Part shown: one piece after another, positions 9,861-19,069 of the stretch | Position numbering within the stretch: the stretch's first letter is position 1 | Layout: each line of letters starts with the position of its first letter | Assembly (NCBI GenBank): GCA_015493225.1 | Contig: WGDO01000031.1 | Coordinates: 1,355 to 65,354 of the forward strand | Reading direction: 5' to 3' | Source: Patescibacteria group bacterium | GTDB taxonomy: Bacteria; Patescibacteriota; Minisyncoccia; Moranbacterales; DUUL01 | DNA: 64,000 nt | Notes under the pieces: model-generated | The model's database searches: none | What the model saw: only the letters and a program-made list of their open reading frames with translations | Told to the model about the DNA's origin: nothing | Program-made: the position numbers and the translations under genes

Positions 9861-10268
9861 ATGATGATTAAGACTATGACAGGAACATCTTTAGAACATC
9901 ATCAAAAAAATAATAAAAACTATAGTGTAGAAAATGGAAGTCAGCAAGAAAAAGATAGAGAATTTATTGAAGATTTAAAAGAATGTATAGTAGAAGATTT
10001 GAATAAAAGTAAAAAAATAAATTTGCAAATAACAACAGAAGATGAGGAAAAAATTAAGGAACGTATTAAGAAAATGGATAATGATGAGTTTTTAAGTATG
10101 ATTTCTATGGCATTTGCTAACGTGAATAATAATTTAAGTGTTTTAAATATTTTAATTGGCATTGCAGAAGGAAGGGAAACGGATGATATAAGAAAAGCAA
10201 AACAAATAGTTAAAAGAAATGTTAAAAAAATTAACAGGTGGTTTAAAACTGATTTAAAGGTTGTTTAA
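9861..10268 (+). CDS. Hypothetical protein.
   Basis: 135-aa ORF with no recognisable motif. Confidence 0.3.
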   Translation: MMIKTMTGTSLEHHQKNNKNYSVENGSQQEKDREFIEDLKECIVEDLNKSKKINLQITTEDEEKIKERIKKMDNDEFLSMISMAFANVNNNLSVLNILIGIAEGRETDDIRKAKQIVKRNVKKINRWFKTDLKVV

Positions 10269-10465
10269 AAGTATTGGAAATATTTTTACAGTAAGGATAA
10301 ATTTTAAAATACCATAAAATGTGGTGTTTTTTTATTGCCAAAGAGTTTGGGGCGTGGTAGTATTTATTGTAGTTAGAAGAAATGGATCACATGAAATTAT
10401 TGATTTTGGATTTTCTTTTCTAAGGAGAAGGTGGAAGCTTAAATAAGGTTAATAAATGAAATATT

Positions 10466-12049
10466 ATGAAAAATAAATTTTATATTACGACGCCGGTTTA
10501 TTATGCTAATGCTCAACCGCATATTGGTCACGCTTATACAACGGTGGCGGCGGATACAATAGTAAGGTTCAAAAAACTGCAGGAAAAAGAAACTTATTTT
10601 TTAACAGGGATGGATGAACATGGGGCGAAAATTGCCCAGAAAGCAAAAGCGGAAGGAGTGGAGCCTTTGGAATTGGTGGATGGGGTAGTGAGCGATTTTA
10701 AGGCGTTGTGGGAGCGTTTGGGTATTGAGTATGATGTTTTTACTAGAACGACTGATGCTAAGCATAAAAAAGCTATTCAGACGGCAATGCAGAAGTTGTA
10801 TGGCGAAGGAATAATTTATAAAGGTGAGTACGAGGGATTGTATTGTGTTGGTTGTGAGCAATTTAAAAATGAAAGTGATTTGGTGAATGGAAAGTGTCCG
10901 GATCATAATACGGAACCGGAAATTATGAGGGAGGAAAGTTATTTAATGAAAATGACGGAAATGCAGGATTGGTTGGTGGGGGCAATTAAAAAAGATGAGT
11001 TTAGAATTAGGCCAGAAAAATATAGGAGAGAAATTTTGTCTTTTTTGGAAGATAATAAATTAGAGGATTTATCTGTTTCTCGAAAGAATGTGCAGTGGGG
11101 TATTCCCTTGCCTTTTGATGAAAGTCATACAGTTTATGTTTGGTTTGATGCTTTTTTAAGTTATGTCACTGGGTTAAATTGGGATGGAGCTAAGTTTGCC
11201 GACGAGATTGGTCAGAAGTTTTGGCCGTCGGATGTTAATTTGATTGGTAAGGATATTTTGCGGGTACATGCTACTATTTGGCCGATAATGTTAAAACATC
11301 TGGGGTTGGAAGTGTCTCGGGGTTTGTTTGTGCACGGGCATATTTTGTCTGGTGGGAAAAAGATGAGTAAGAGTTTGGGAAATGTAATTGGTATTGATGA
11401 AATGTTGGATGAATTTGGTTCGGAGGCAACTAGATATTTATTATTGTCAGCTGGACAATTTGGAGAAGATGTGGATTTGACGATGGAGAGAATGAGGGAA
11501 AAATATAATGCGGATTTGGCGAATGGGTTGGGGAATCTGCTTTCGAGAGTAGTTACTCTTTCGAGCAATTTTAAATTTAAATTTGTAAATTTTAATTCAA
11601 TTTTAAATGATGAAATTTTAAATGATAATTTAGGCGAGCAAAGCATTGCCTTTAGAGCGGAACGCAGTGTAGCGAAAGGCGAGGATTTCCCGTCCGACCA
11701 AGTCATCCGGGTGGATAGCGAGCGGGAAAGTTTTGCTAAACTCATTGAGAGTTTTGAGTTTGACAGGGCATTGAAAATGATTTGGAAGATTGTGCAGGAT
11801 AGTAATAAATTGATAGAAGAAACTAAGCCTTGGGAGTTGGCTAAGCAGGTCGAAACTGAGCATTCGCCAGTCGAAAGTCGAGAGCCTAAAGTCGAAAGTG
11901 TCGGAGAATTTGAAAAAGTGATGAAAGAATTATTTAGTAATTTGCTTGAAGTTTCCGGGTTGTTGCAAATTTTTATGCCGGAGACGGCGGAGAAAATTAA
12001 GAAGCAATTGGAAACGGGGGAGAAGGAGATTTTGTTTGAACGAAAGTGA
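10466..12049 (+). CDS. metG: Methionyl-tRNA synthetase.
   Basis: Class I aaRS signatures 'PHIGHAYT' (HIGH) and 'KMSKSLGN' (KMSKS). The C-terminal region carries repeat-derived in-frame inserts at ~11580-11640 and 11848-11905. Confidence 0.9.
   Translation: MKNKFYITTPVYYANAQPHIGHAYTTVAADTIVRFKKLQEKETYFLTGMDEHGAKIAQKAKAEGVEPLELVDGVVSDFKALWERLGIEYDVFTRTTDAKHKKAIQTAMQKLYGEGIIYKGEYEGLYCVGCEQFKNESDLVNGKCPDHNTEPEIMREESYLMKMTEMQDWLVGAIKKDEFRIRPEKYRREILSFLEDNKLEDLSVSRKNVQWGIPLPFDESHTVYVWFDAFLSYVTGLNWDGAKFADEIGQKFWPSDVNLIGKDILRVHATIWPIMLKHLGLEVSRGLFVHGHILSGGKKMSKSLGNVIGIDEMLDEFGSEATRYLLLSAGQFGEDVDLTMERMREKYNADLANGLGNLLSRVVTLSSNFKFKFVNFNSILNDEILNDNLGEQSIAFRAERSVAKGEDFPSDQVIRVDSERESFAKLIESFEFDRALKMIWKIVQDSNKLIEETKPWELAKQVETEHSPVESREPKVESVGEFEKVMKELFSNLLEVSGLLQIFMPETAEKIKKQLETGEKEILFERK
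11848..11905. repeat. 'aagtcgaaagt' microsatellite family copy, in frame inside metG.
   Basis: The DNA 'cgaaactgagcattcgccagtcgaaagtcgagagcctaaagtcgaaagtgtcgg' encodes HSPVESREPKVESV. The same motif family occurs at 9760-9810, 15705-15740, 19590-19690, 53455-53495, 60285-60380 and 61685-61790. Confidence 0.6.
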
Positions 12050-12175
12050 TAGAGCGCTGCGCTCGTTGGATTGGCTACGCCTTGTTATATTGCTTCGCTC
12101 GTTGTATCGGCTAGCGCCTCGTGGGATCGCTTTGCTCGTTGTAGACGTTGTTTCCCTAATTTGGAGATAAATGCT
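12050..12175. repeat. Three degenerate tandem ~30-nt repeats ('gctcgttg..t.ggcta.cgcc') downstream of metG.
   Basis: 'gcgctcgttggattggctacgcc', 'gcttcgctcgttgtatcggctagcgcc' and 'gctttgctcgttgtagacg', read directly. Confidence 0.5.
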
Positions 12176-12558
12176 GGTTTCGTTCGTGGTGTTTTTTTGT
12201 TTTGTTAGTTGACAGGGGTTTGCGTGAATAAAAAAAGGCCCGAGGATAAAGTCAGGCCAGGTGCATCAATGTTTTGATGATTCAGGGATGATAAAGTCGC
12301 CATACAATAATTCCAAAAATAGTTATCAAGAGTAATAGAAAAGGGCGACGTCCTCGATCCCACTCTTTTTTAAGAGTTGTCTTTTCCTTTTTTCTTCGCA
12401 TATTTTTCTCCTTGAAAGAAATTAAGATAGATAAAGAGTATCTTTTACTAGCGTAGTATATTTTGTCATAAATTGCAAGTATTAAAAAACAACGGTGTTA
12501 AGTCGTTGTTTTTTGTTTTTGTTCTTATTTTGCTTTAGTCTAAAAATAGTTTTTAAAA

Positions 12559-12795
12559 CTATTTTTTCTTGAATTCAGAGTCGTCCATTTTGGCGACGGT
12601 GATTTCAGACCAGATTAGGGCTCCAAGAGCTAGGGGAATTCCTAGAAGGGCTCCGATAAGAGTGATAATAAGAAGTAGTGCTGCTCCAGCCATAATAATC
12701 TGAATAGTTCCTTCTTTCTTTTTACCGGCAATAATTGTGCCAAGTCCGGGAATAATAAAATTCAGAACTAGGGCAATAATTTTTTCGTTGCTCAT
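12559..12795 (-). CDS. Small hydrophobic membrane protein.
   Basis: 78 aa with two predicted TM helices. Confidence 0.35.
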   Translation of the reverse strand: MSNEKIIALVLNFIIPGLGTIIAGKKKEGTIQIIMAGAALLLIITLIGALLGIPLALGALIWSEITVAKMDDSEFKKK

Positions 12796-12870
12796 TTGTT
12801 GTCTATTAAAGTAATTATATTTTTATAATAGCATTGTTTTTTACTTTGGGCAAATTAGAGTCAAAATTAT

Positions 12871-13473
12871 TTATAGAGGAATGTCGATATTCATTTTTTT
12901 AAGTAAAAAGTCATAGAGAATTAAGGCAAGGACTACTAGGAAAATCATTATTAAAAAACGAAATTTCTTTTTATGGCGATGATAGGACGTTCGTTCGTGG
13001 TGATTGACTTTATCTAAAAGTTCATCACCAAATTTAATGGAGACAAAAGTTCCCAGGGCGGAAATAAAGATAATTAACCAAAATGGGATTGGTTGTTCTA
13101 GAATATGTTTGAAAAAATTAAGAAGAGGTGTTTTGCTATATATCTCTGGGTGGATAAAAAAAGTGTATAAATTTAAAGAAATAGCAATAATCCAGACAGT
13201 TATTTCAGAAAAGAGCATTTTGATTTTTGTGATTAGACGAAAGGGGAAGTCTAGGAGAAAGCCGGCATCGGCAATTGGTGTACAAAGAACAAAAAAGGAC
13301 CAACTTAAAATGGAAACAAAAAAACCTTGCTGGACACCATATTTTTTGGCGATGAAAATAAAGTAACCAACAAAGACTAAGAGTACTAAAATAAATTTAG
13401 TTAGAACTTTACGCTTGGTTTCGTGCTGAAGGAGGTGTTTAGTTTTAATTTTAGGGGATGTTTTGCTCGACAT
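12871..13473 (-). CDS. Hypothetical polytopic membrane protein.
   Basis: 200 aa with a Lys-rich N-terminus and several hydrophobic helices. Confidence 0.35.
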   Translation of the reverse strand: MSSKTSPKIKTKHLLQHETKRKVLTKFILVLLVFVGYFIFIAKKYGVQQGFFVSILSWSFFVLCTPIADAGFLLDFPFRLITKIKMLFSEITVWIIAISLNLYTFFIHPEIYSKTPLLNFFKHILEQPIPFWLIIFISALGTFVSIKFGDELLDKVNHHERTSYHRHKKKFRFLIMIFLVVLALILYDFLLKKMNIDIPL

Positions 13474-13721
13474 TGTTGTTTACAAGGTAATTGTTATCTT
13501 TTGTAATTATAACACTAATTTTAAAAACAACAATGATTTTTGGATTGGTTTTATTTTTGATAATATTTTAAAAGAATTTATTTGAGTTGTAGTGAAATTG
13601 ATCAGGTAATTACTTAAAAACCCTCCAAATTTTCTCGCTACTTTTATTTATCAACTACGTTTATAAATAAAAGTAGCGAGAAAATTTGACTCCCTTTACA
13701 CAGGGGGTGGGCTAGGAAATG

Positions 13722-14726
13722 TTAGTCATTTTCTTCGATGCAGATTTCTTTATTGAAGATAGCTTTAAGGGTGCGAAGAAATAGTAAAATAATTAGAATA
13801 TTAAGAATGATAAAAGCAAATTTTACAAAAGAAAGCATAAATACCCAATGGGTCTTGTGTAGCAGGAAGAAGGAGGCAATAACAAAGGCGTCCAAGGGGA
13901 AGGAATAAGCCCAGGAAGAGAGGTAAAATTTAATTTTACTAAAATATTTAAATTGAAATAGGAAAAGGAAGAAAATAAACATTGAAAAATAATACAAAAT
14001 ACGAGCATTAATATCAATGGTGTTTGTTAATTTAACATAGGCAATAAAACCAACAGCAGAGGGAGCCATTAAGATGAAAAAAGTTGGCATAAGTTTTTCT
14101 TTAAGGGGCTGATGAAAAATAATGCGATTTAAAACAATGGCCATTAATATTATCCAAAAAATTATGCCGACACTAAAGAAAAACCAGGAAACTTCTTGAG
14201 AAGCATGGGCGACTCCGGCAATTGGAATAAGAACATTACCGACTACCGGCATAAAAATTGCTGGGCTGATGTGTTTTAATTCAAAATGGTCTTTATGCAT
14301 CCAGAAAGTTAAAATAGTCATTCCAAAACCGAGTTGAGCAATTACACCTAGTATCCAGAAAAATTTGGAATATTGCATAAAATGAACATTCATAAAAAGA
14401 ATGCTAAGTAACAATAAAATTTTGGCAATGATTGGAAAAAAATTTATTTTAACTGGATCGTTAAACTCTCTTTTTACTTCACTGGGAAATTTAATCCATT
14501 TTGTAAGATAAATGATGGTAGTGAGTGCAAATAAAGTTATAACTAGAGTAAATAAAATTGGGCTAAGACCAAAATTCCACTTTAAAAGAGATTCCGCTTT
14601 TTGCCAGGCAACAGTAAATCCTGCTAATCCAAGGGTGATGGAATAAAAAGAAATTGGAAAGTTTTTTAATCTAAGAGTTGTAAACATAATTGTATTGATT
14701 AATATTTGATTATTTTTATAGCCCAA
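13722..14726 (-). CDS. Putative TehA/TDT-family (C4-dicarboxylate/tellurite-resistance-like) transporter.
   Basis: About 10 TM helices. The N-terminal 'FPISFYSITLGLAGFTVAWQ' resembles the TehA/Mae1 family start. The 3' end overlaps the DUF134 gene. Confidence 0.35.
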   Translation of the reverse strand: MGYKNNQILINTIMFTTLRLKNFPISFYSITLGLAGFTVAWQKAESLLKWNFGLSPILFTLVITLFALTTIIYLTKWIKFPSEVKREFNDPVKINFFPIIAKILLLLSILFMNVHFMQYSKFFWILGVIAQLGFGMTILTFWMHKDHFELKHISPAIFMPVVGNVLIPIAGVAHASQEVSWFFFSVGIIFWIILMAIVLNRIIFHQPLKEKLMPTFFILMAPSAVGFIAYVKLTNTIDINARILYYFSMFIFFLFLFQFKYFSKIKFYLSSWAYSFPLDAFVIASFFLLHKTHWVFMLSFVKFAFIILNILIILLFLRTLKAIFNKEICIEEND

Positions 14727-14977
14727 CCATTAATTATGGCAGAGGCAATTTTTTTTTGAGAACTATGTAAAATTCTTTGGAAAGTACTTTGAGAGGTATG
14801 CATTTTTTTTGCAGCAGTTGTTTGATCTAATTCTTCAAGATTTTTTAATCTTAAGGCCTCCCATTCTTCCAGGCTAATTTCTATGATTTTAAGGTCTCTA
14901 ATAGGAACTCCTTGAGGTTTATAGAAGGTTGTGTTTGGGTGTAATTTTATTTTTCTTTTTAAATGTGGCCGAGCCAT
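14699..14977 (-). CDS. DUF134 (UPF0251) predicted DNA-binding protein.
   Basis: 'MARPHLKRKIKLHPNTTFYKPQGVPIRDL...LEEWEALRLKNLEELDQTTAAKKMHTSQSTFQRIL' fits the DUF134 pattern (an MPRP(K/H) start, then P.G.P followed by a sigma-70-region-4-like HTH). Confidence 0.65.
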   Translation of the reverse strand: MARPHLKRKIKLHPNTTFYKPQGVPIRDLKIIEISLEEWEALRLKNLEELDQTTAAKKMHTSQSTFQRILHSSQKKIASAIINGWAIKIIKY

Positions 14978-15051
14978 ATTTTTTAATTTTAAATTTTATG
15001 AAATCTCCAAGCCGTCTTATTGTTAAGACGACCTGGGAGATTTCACTAAGG

Positions 15052-15258
15052 TTATTTGTTTAAATCTCTACCTTGACCAGAGCCGTTTCTTAGCCTTCTA
15101 CCTAAACCTCTATTTTGGACAGAGCTGTTTCTTAATCCTTTGCCTAAACCCCCAAGAGGAGTGTTTCGGAGCTGATTGGAGCTGTTTACACAGGTACTTT
15201 GTTTTCGGCCTGTTCTTAGCCCTTGTCCGTTTGGACCTGTTCCATCTAAATTTGGCAT
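15052..15258 (-). CDS. DUF5320-like small Gly/Arg-rich protein, a frequent DUF134 neighbour.
   Basis: The 'MPNLDGTGPNGQGLRTGR' start matches the MP(R/N)xDGTGPxGxGPxTGRG signature. Confidence 0.5.
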   Translation of the reverse strand: MPNLDGTGPNGQGLRTGRKQSTCVNSSNQLRNTPLGGLGKGLRNSSVQNRGLGRRLRNGSGQGRDLNK

Positions 15259-15490
15259 ATATTTGATTTAGAAAAAAGTATATTTATTATTGATATAAAT
15301 ATAGAGTTTCTAATAATTAATTATTAAGATGTAAATAATGAGTATTTACATTATGAGTATATACCCATAATTAATTTTTGTCAAGTGTCTTAATAATAAG
15401 TATTTATAAATAGTTGTAATTTTATATTTAGGGATATATACTTAAAGTATAATATTTACAAGTGGTATTAATTAATAATTGTTTTAAACT
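15259..15490. promoter_or_regulatory. AT-rich divergent intergenic region carrying reiterated 'agtatttaca/aagtatttataaa' motifs, a candidate promoter/operator.
   Basis: It lies between divergent genes, DUF5320/DUF134 on the minus strand and tatD on the plus strand. At least 4 copies of 'agtat(t/a)ta(c/t)a' are visible. Confidence 0.3.
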
Positions 15491-16630
15491 ATGCTTATAG
15501 ATACACATTGTCATTTAAATTTTAAGGATTTTAGGGAGGATGCAGATGATGTTATTAAAAAAACTTTAAATGAAGATGTTCAGATGATTATTGTTGGGTC
15601 GCAGTATTCTACTAGTCGGCGAGCGGTAGAATACGCAGATAAGTATAATAGAGATGGGCAGGGTGGTGTTTGGGCGGCGGTAGGAATTCATCCGGTACAT
15701 TTGACAAGTCAAAAGTCTAAAGTCAAAAGTCTAAAGTCAAATAATGATAATGATTTGCCGGAAAAGTTGAGTATAGAGAAATTTGATTATAGCAAATATT
15801 TAGAATTAGCGAAAAATGAGAAGGTAGTGGCGATTGGGGAGGTGGGATTGGATTATCATCATTTTGATACCGCGAATCTACAAATAAACTACAAATCTAC
15901 AAATGTTGTTAGTGAAGGGGTTGATAAAAATAATGATGATGATATGGAGCAGAGAGTGGTTGATTTTGAGATGGCTAAAAAGGAAGTGGCGGGGATTATT
16001 GAGTTGCAGAAAAGTGTTTTTAGGGATTTCGTAAGGTTGGCAGATGAAGTGGGGAAGCCGTTGGTAATTCATGGTTGGAATGCGGATAAGAAAGATAAAG
16101 AGTTAGTTGAGGGAGCGGTGGCGTATGAGGATATATTGGAAATAGTTAGTAGTTCACAGTTTACAGTTCACGGTAAGAGTGGTGATCAGTCAGTAGCTAC
16201 TAGTTCACGGGCTGGTCACTTAAAAACCCCCCATCCCCCTTTTCGCGAAAGGGGGGATGACCCCCTTTATCCCACTTCGCTGAAGCTTCGAGGGACAGGC
16301 ACAGGGGGTAGAAGAGGGGTGGTGCATAGTTTTATTGGAAATTATAAAATAGCGCTTAGATTTATTGAAGAGGGATTTGTAATTGGCTTGAATGGAATTA
16401 TAACTTATTCGGAAAGTTACGATCGGTTAATAAAAGAAATTGGTTTGGAGAATATTATTTTAGAAACAGATGCTCCGTATTTAACACCAAACCCTCTAGA
16501 GCGATACAGCCGTAATGAGCCATTAAATGTAAAATTAGTAGCTCAAAAAATTGCGGATGTTTTAGAAATAGATGTCGAAAAGGTAGAAAAAATAACAACT
16601 AAAAATGCTCAAAGGTTATTTAAAATATAG
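15491..16630 (+). CDS. tatD: TatD-family metal-dependent hydrolase (DNase) containing two repeat-derived in-frame insertions.
   Basis: The TatD motifs 'IDTHCHLNF', 'GEVGLDY', 'VHSF' and 'ETDAPYLTP' are present. The protein is ~120 aa longer than typical TatD because of inserts at ~15880-15960 and 16222-16316. Confidence 0.85.
   Translation: MLIDTHCHLNFKDFREDADDVIKKTLNEDVQMIIVGSQYSTSRRAVEYADKYNRDGQGGVWAAVGIHPVHLTSQKSKVKSLKSNNDNDLPEKLSIEKFDYSKYLELAKNEKVVAIGEVGLDYHHFDTANLQINYKSTNVVSEGVDKNNDDDMEQRVVDFEMAKKEVAGIIELQKSVFRDFVRLADEVGKPLVIHGWNADKKDKELVEGAVAYEDILEIVSSSQFTVHGKSGDQSVATSSRAGHLKTPHPPFRERGDDPLYPTSLKLRGTGTGGRRGVVHSFIGNYKIALRFIEEGFVIGLNGIITYSESYDRLIKEIGLENIILETDAPYLTPNPLERYSRNEPLNVKLVAQKIADVLEIDVEKVEKITTKNAQRLFKI
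16222..16316. repeat. G/C-rich palindromic repeat module 'ccccatccccctttcgcgaaaggggggatgaccccctttatcccacttcgctgaagcttcgaggga', in frame inside tatD.
   Basis: Near-identical modules lie in intergenic DNA at 29541-29665, 30703-30840 and 62868-62928. Here the module translates as HLKTPHPPFRERGDDPLYPTSLKLRGTG. Confidence 0.7.
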
Positions 16631-16672
16631 CTATGCTGCAAGAATAAAATTCCTATAGTATTTATAAATAAT

Positions 16673-17302
16673 ATGAAAATAATAAAAGTTGATCTAGATA
16701 ATTTTTCTAAGGAAAATATTGAAACAATTGCTGAAGAAATTAGAAAAGAGCAAGTAGTTGTGTTACCAACGGATACGATTTATGGGTTGAGTGCGATTGT
16801 TGCTAACAAAAAAGCAATTCGGAAAATTTATCGAATTAAAAAGAGAATGCCAGAACAACAAAAACACCTGATACTTTTGGTAAAAAGTTTTTGTATGGTT
16901 CGGCGGTATTGTTATTTATCGCTGAAACAATACAATTATTTAAAAGAGCGATGGGTGGAAGGAAAAAGAGCATTGACGGTGATTTTACGAGGAAGAAAAG
17001 ATTATTTTCAAGAACAGGGTATAAATTTATCTGAATTAATTAGTGATGATGATGGGGTGGCTGTACGACGGCCGAATAATAAATTTTTATTAGCATTATT
17101 AAAAGAGGTTGATGAGTCAATTGTTTCTACTAGTTTGAATATTACTGGGAAAGAGGATTTAAGGGATATTTCTAAGATGGATAAATATTTTATCGATGTT
17201 AAACCTGACGTGGTGGTTGATGCTGGTTTTTTACCAAAACAAAAACCCTCAAAATTGGAGGATTTGAGGGATATGAAAGATATAAATGTTTTGAGGAAAT
17301 AG
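16673..17302 (+). CDS. tsaC: YrdC/Sua5-domain L-threonylcarbamoyladenylate synthase.
   Basis: The 'VVLPTDTIYGLSA' motif matches the YrdC fold. Confidence 0.65.
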   Translation: MKIIKVDLDNFSKENIETIAEEIRKEQVVVLPTDTIYGLSAIVANKKAIRKIYRIKKRMPEQQKHLILLVKSFCMVRRYCYLSLKQYNYLKERWVEGKRALTVILRGRKDYFQEQGINLSELISDDDGVAVRRPNNKFLLALLKEVDESIVSTSLNITGKEDLRDISKMDKYFIDVKPDVVVDAGFLPKQKPSKLEDLRDMKDINVLRK

Positions 17303-17397
17303 GGAATAGTATATATTAATTTGGATTTAACTTTTAGTTTAACCCTGCTATAATGTAGGGGTGGGATTTGGTTGTGAGAAAATAAATAAAAGGTTAG

Positions 17398-18894
17398 TTG
17401 TTTAATTATTTTTTTATGAAAATTGCAATAGATACGGCGGATTTGGATTGTGAGAGGATTGATGGGACAAGGGTTTATATTCAGAATGTTTTGAAGTACT
17501 TGGGGAGATTGGCTCCGGAGGATGAGTTTTTTTTGTTTCATAAAACGGAGTATAATAAGTTGTTGCGACCAGCGGAATTTAAAAATTATCATGATAAAAG
17601 TTTGGGCAAGGGTTTTTGGTGGACGCAGATTAAATTTGCGCGAGAAGTGCGAAAATTGAATTCTGATGTTTGTTGGATGCCAATTCAGCAAATACCTGGT
17701 CTCAATTTTCAATTTTCAATTTTCAATTTTCAATCAATTTTCAATGATTTAATTTTAAATTTTAAATTAATTTTTAATGTTTTAATTTTGAATAAGCGAA
17801 AAAATGATAGGCGAGCGCGGGAAATAAATAAGAGGAACAATACCGAGGCAAGGCCTCGGTATTCGGAGAAAGTGAAATATGTTGTTACGATTCATGATTT
17901 GGCGTTTAAATTTTTTGGGAATCATTTTCCGTTGGTGGATAGAATAAAGTTGAATTGGTACACGGATGTGGCGGTGAAAAGGGCGGATAAGATTATTGCC
18001 ATTTCGGAAGCGACGAAAAAAGATTTGATTAAATTCTATCCGGAAGTTGATGAAAATAAAATAGTAGTGGTGCGTCATGGGTTCGATAGGGAAAATTTTG
18101 AGCAGGAGTTTAGTGAAAGAGAAAAAAAAGTGTTTGCAAAAAAATATAATTTAATAAAAAAAGAGGTTGGTGAAAATGCTGAAATTCAAAATTCAAAATT
18201 CAAAATTCAAAATTATTTACTGTATGTTGGGGCGATTCAGCCGAGGAAGGATTTGGTGACTTTGATTAAGGCCTTCGATAAAATAAAATCTCAAGATGCA
18301 AGAAGCAAGATACAAACAAATCTCAAGATACAAGGGACAAGATACAAACAAATGACAAATGATAAATTACAAATGACAAATGATAAATTACAAATGACAA
18401 ATGACGAGACGCAGATAAATGACGGGTTGCAGGCAATATCAGATGTAGATGTTTCTAATTTGAAATTGGTGTTGGTGGGGGAGAAGGCATGGAAATCGGA
18501 AAGTACATTGAGGGCAATTGACAAATCGGAGTTTAAAGATGATATAATTGTGACAGGGAAGGTTGACTTTAGGGAATTAGCGATGTTTTATCGTTTTGCT
18601 AAGGTTTTTGTGTTTCCATCGTTGTATGAGGGATTTGGAATTCCAATTTTAGAGGCGATGGCTAGTAAAACGCCGGTAATAGTAGCGGATAATTCTTCTT
18701 TAACGGAAGTGGGCGGAGAAGCGGTATTGAAATTTAAAACGGGAAGCAGTGACGATTTGCAAAAACAATTACGAAAACTTTTGGAAGATAAAAATTTACA
18801 AGATAAAATAGTTGGACGAGGTCTGGAGCAAATTAAAAAATTTAGTTGGGAGAAGTGTGCGAGGGAGACGTTGGAGATTTTGAGGGGAATGTAG
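17398..18894 (+). CDS. GT4-family glycosyltransferase (group 1) containing satellite-derived in-frame inserts.
   Basis: N-terminus 'KIAIDTADL'. The C-terminal GT-B signature 'EGFGIPILEAMASKTPVIVADNSSLTEVGG' is present. Inserts are at 17700-17800 (AT satellite, read as LNFQFSIFNFQSIFN) and 18290-18420 (MTNDKLQMTNDKLQMTNDE). Confidence 0.8.
   Translation: MFNYFFMKIAIDTADLDCERIDGTRVYIQNVLKYLGRLAPEDEFFLFHKTEYNKLLRPAEFKNYHDKSLGKGFWWTQIKFAREVRKLNSDVCWMPIQQIPGLNFQFSIFNFQSIFNDLILNFKLIFNVLILNKRKNDRRAREINKRNNTEARPRYSEKVKYVVTIHDLAFKFFGNHFPLVDRIKLNWYTDVAVKRADKIIAISEATKKDLIKFYPEVDENKIVVVRHGFDRENFEQEFSEREKKVFAKKYNLIKKEVGENAEIQNSKFKIQNYLLYVGAIQPRKDLVTLIKAFDKIKSQDARSKIQTNLKIQGTRYKQMTNDKLQMTNDKLQMTNDETQINDGLQAISDVDVSNLKLVLVGEKAWKSESTLRAIDKSEFKDDIIVTGKVDFRELAMFYRFAKVFVFPSLYEGFGIPILEAMASKTPVIVADNSSLTEVGGEAVLKFKTGSSDDLQKQLRKLLEDKNLQDKIVGRGLEQIKKFSWEKCARETLEILRGM
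17700..17800. repeat. AT-rich 'caatttt/aaatttt' satellite embedded in frame in the GT4 gene.
   Basis: 'ctcaattttcaattttcaattttcaatcaattttcaatgatttaattttaaattttaaatt' has no stop codons in the gene frame. Confidence 0.7.
18290..18420. repeat. 'caaatgacaaatgataaattacaaatgacaaatga' microsatellite, in frame in the GT4 gene.
   Basis: Tandem 12/15-nt units. The same family is at 20300-20400, 21160-21345 and 29360-29410, and in reverse orientation at 32035-32058. Confidence 0.75.
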
Positions 18895-18900
18895 ATAGTG

Positions 18901-19050
18901 TGCGGGCCCTACGAAATTACAAATCAATTACAAATCTACGAATTACTCACTGCGTTCGCTATGTAGAAGTTGTCGTCTCTAAACGGGAGATAAAATAAAT
19001 TTGTAGTAAATTTGTAGTTTAGTAGGGACTGTAGTTTTGTAGGAGTTATA
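18901..19050. repeat. Composite inverted-repeat element with the conserved core 'tacgaattactcactgcgttcgctatgt', copy 1.
   Basis: The core is flanked by imperfect inverted arms 'ctacgaaattacaaatcaattacaaat ... atttgtagtaaatttgtagtttagtaggg'. Copies lie at 31943-32058 and 54530-54640. Confidence 0.7.
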
Positions 19051-19069
19051 CAAATTAAAATTAAAATGC

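Noticed and set aside
10270-10465. A T-box riboswitch leader upstream of metG
   Set aside because: The leader contains 'gggcgtggtag', but the conserved T-box sequence (AATTAGGGTGGNACCGCG), the specifier loop and the antiterminator cannot be identified convincingly by eye.
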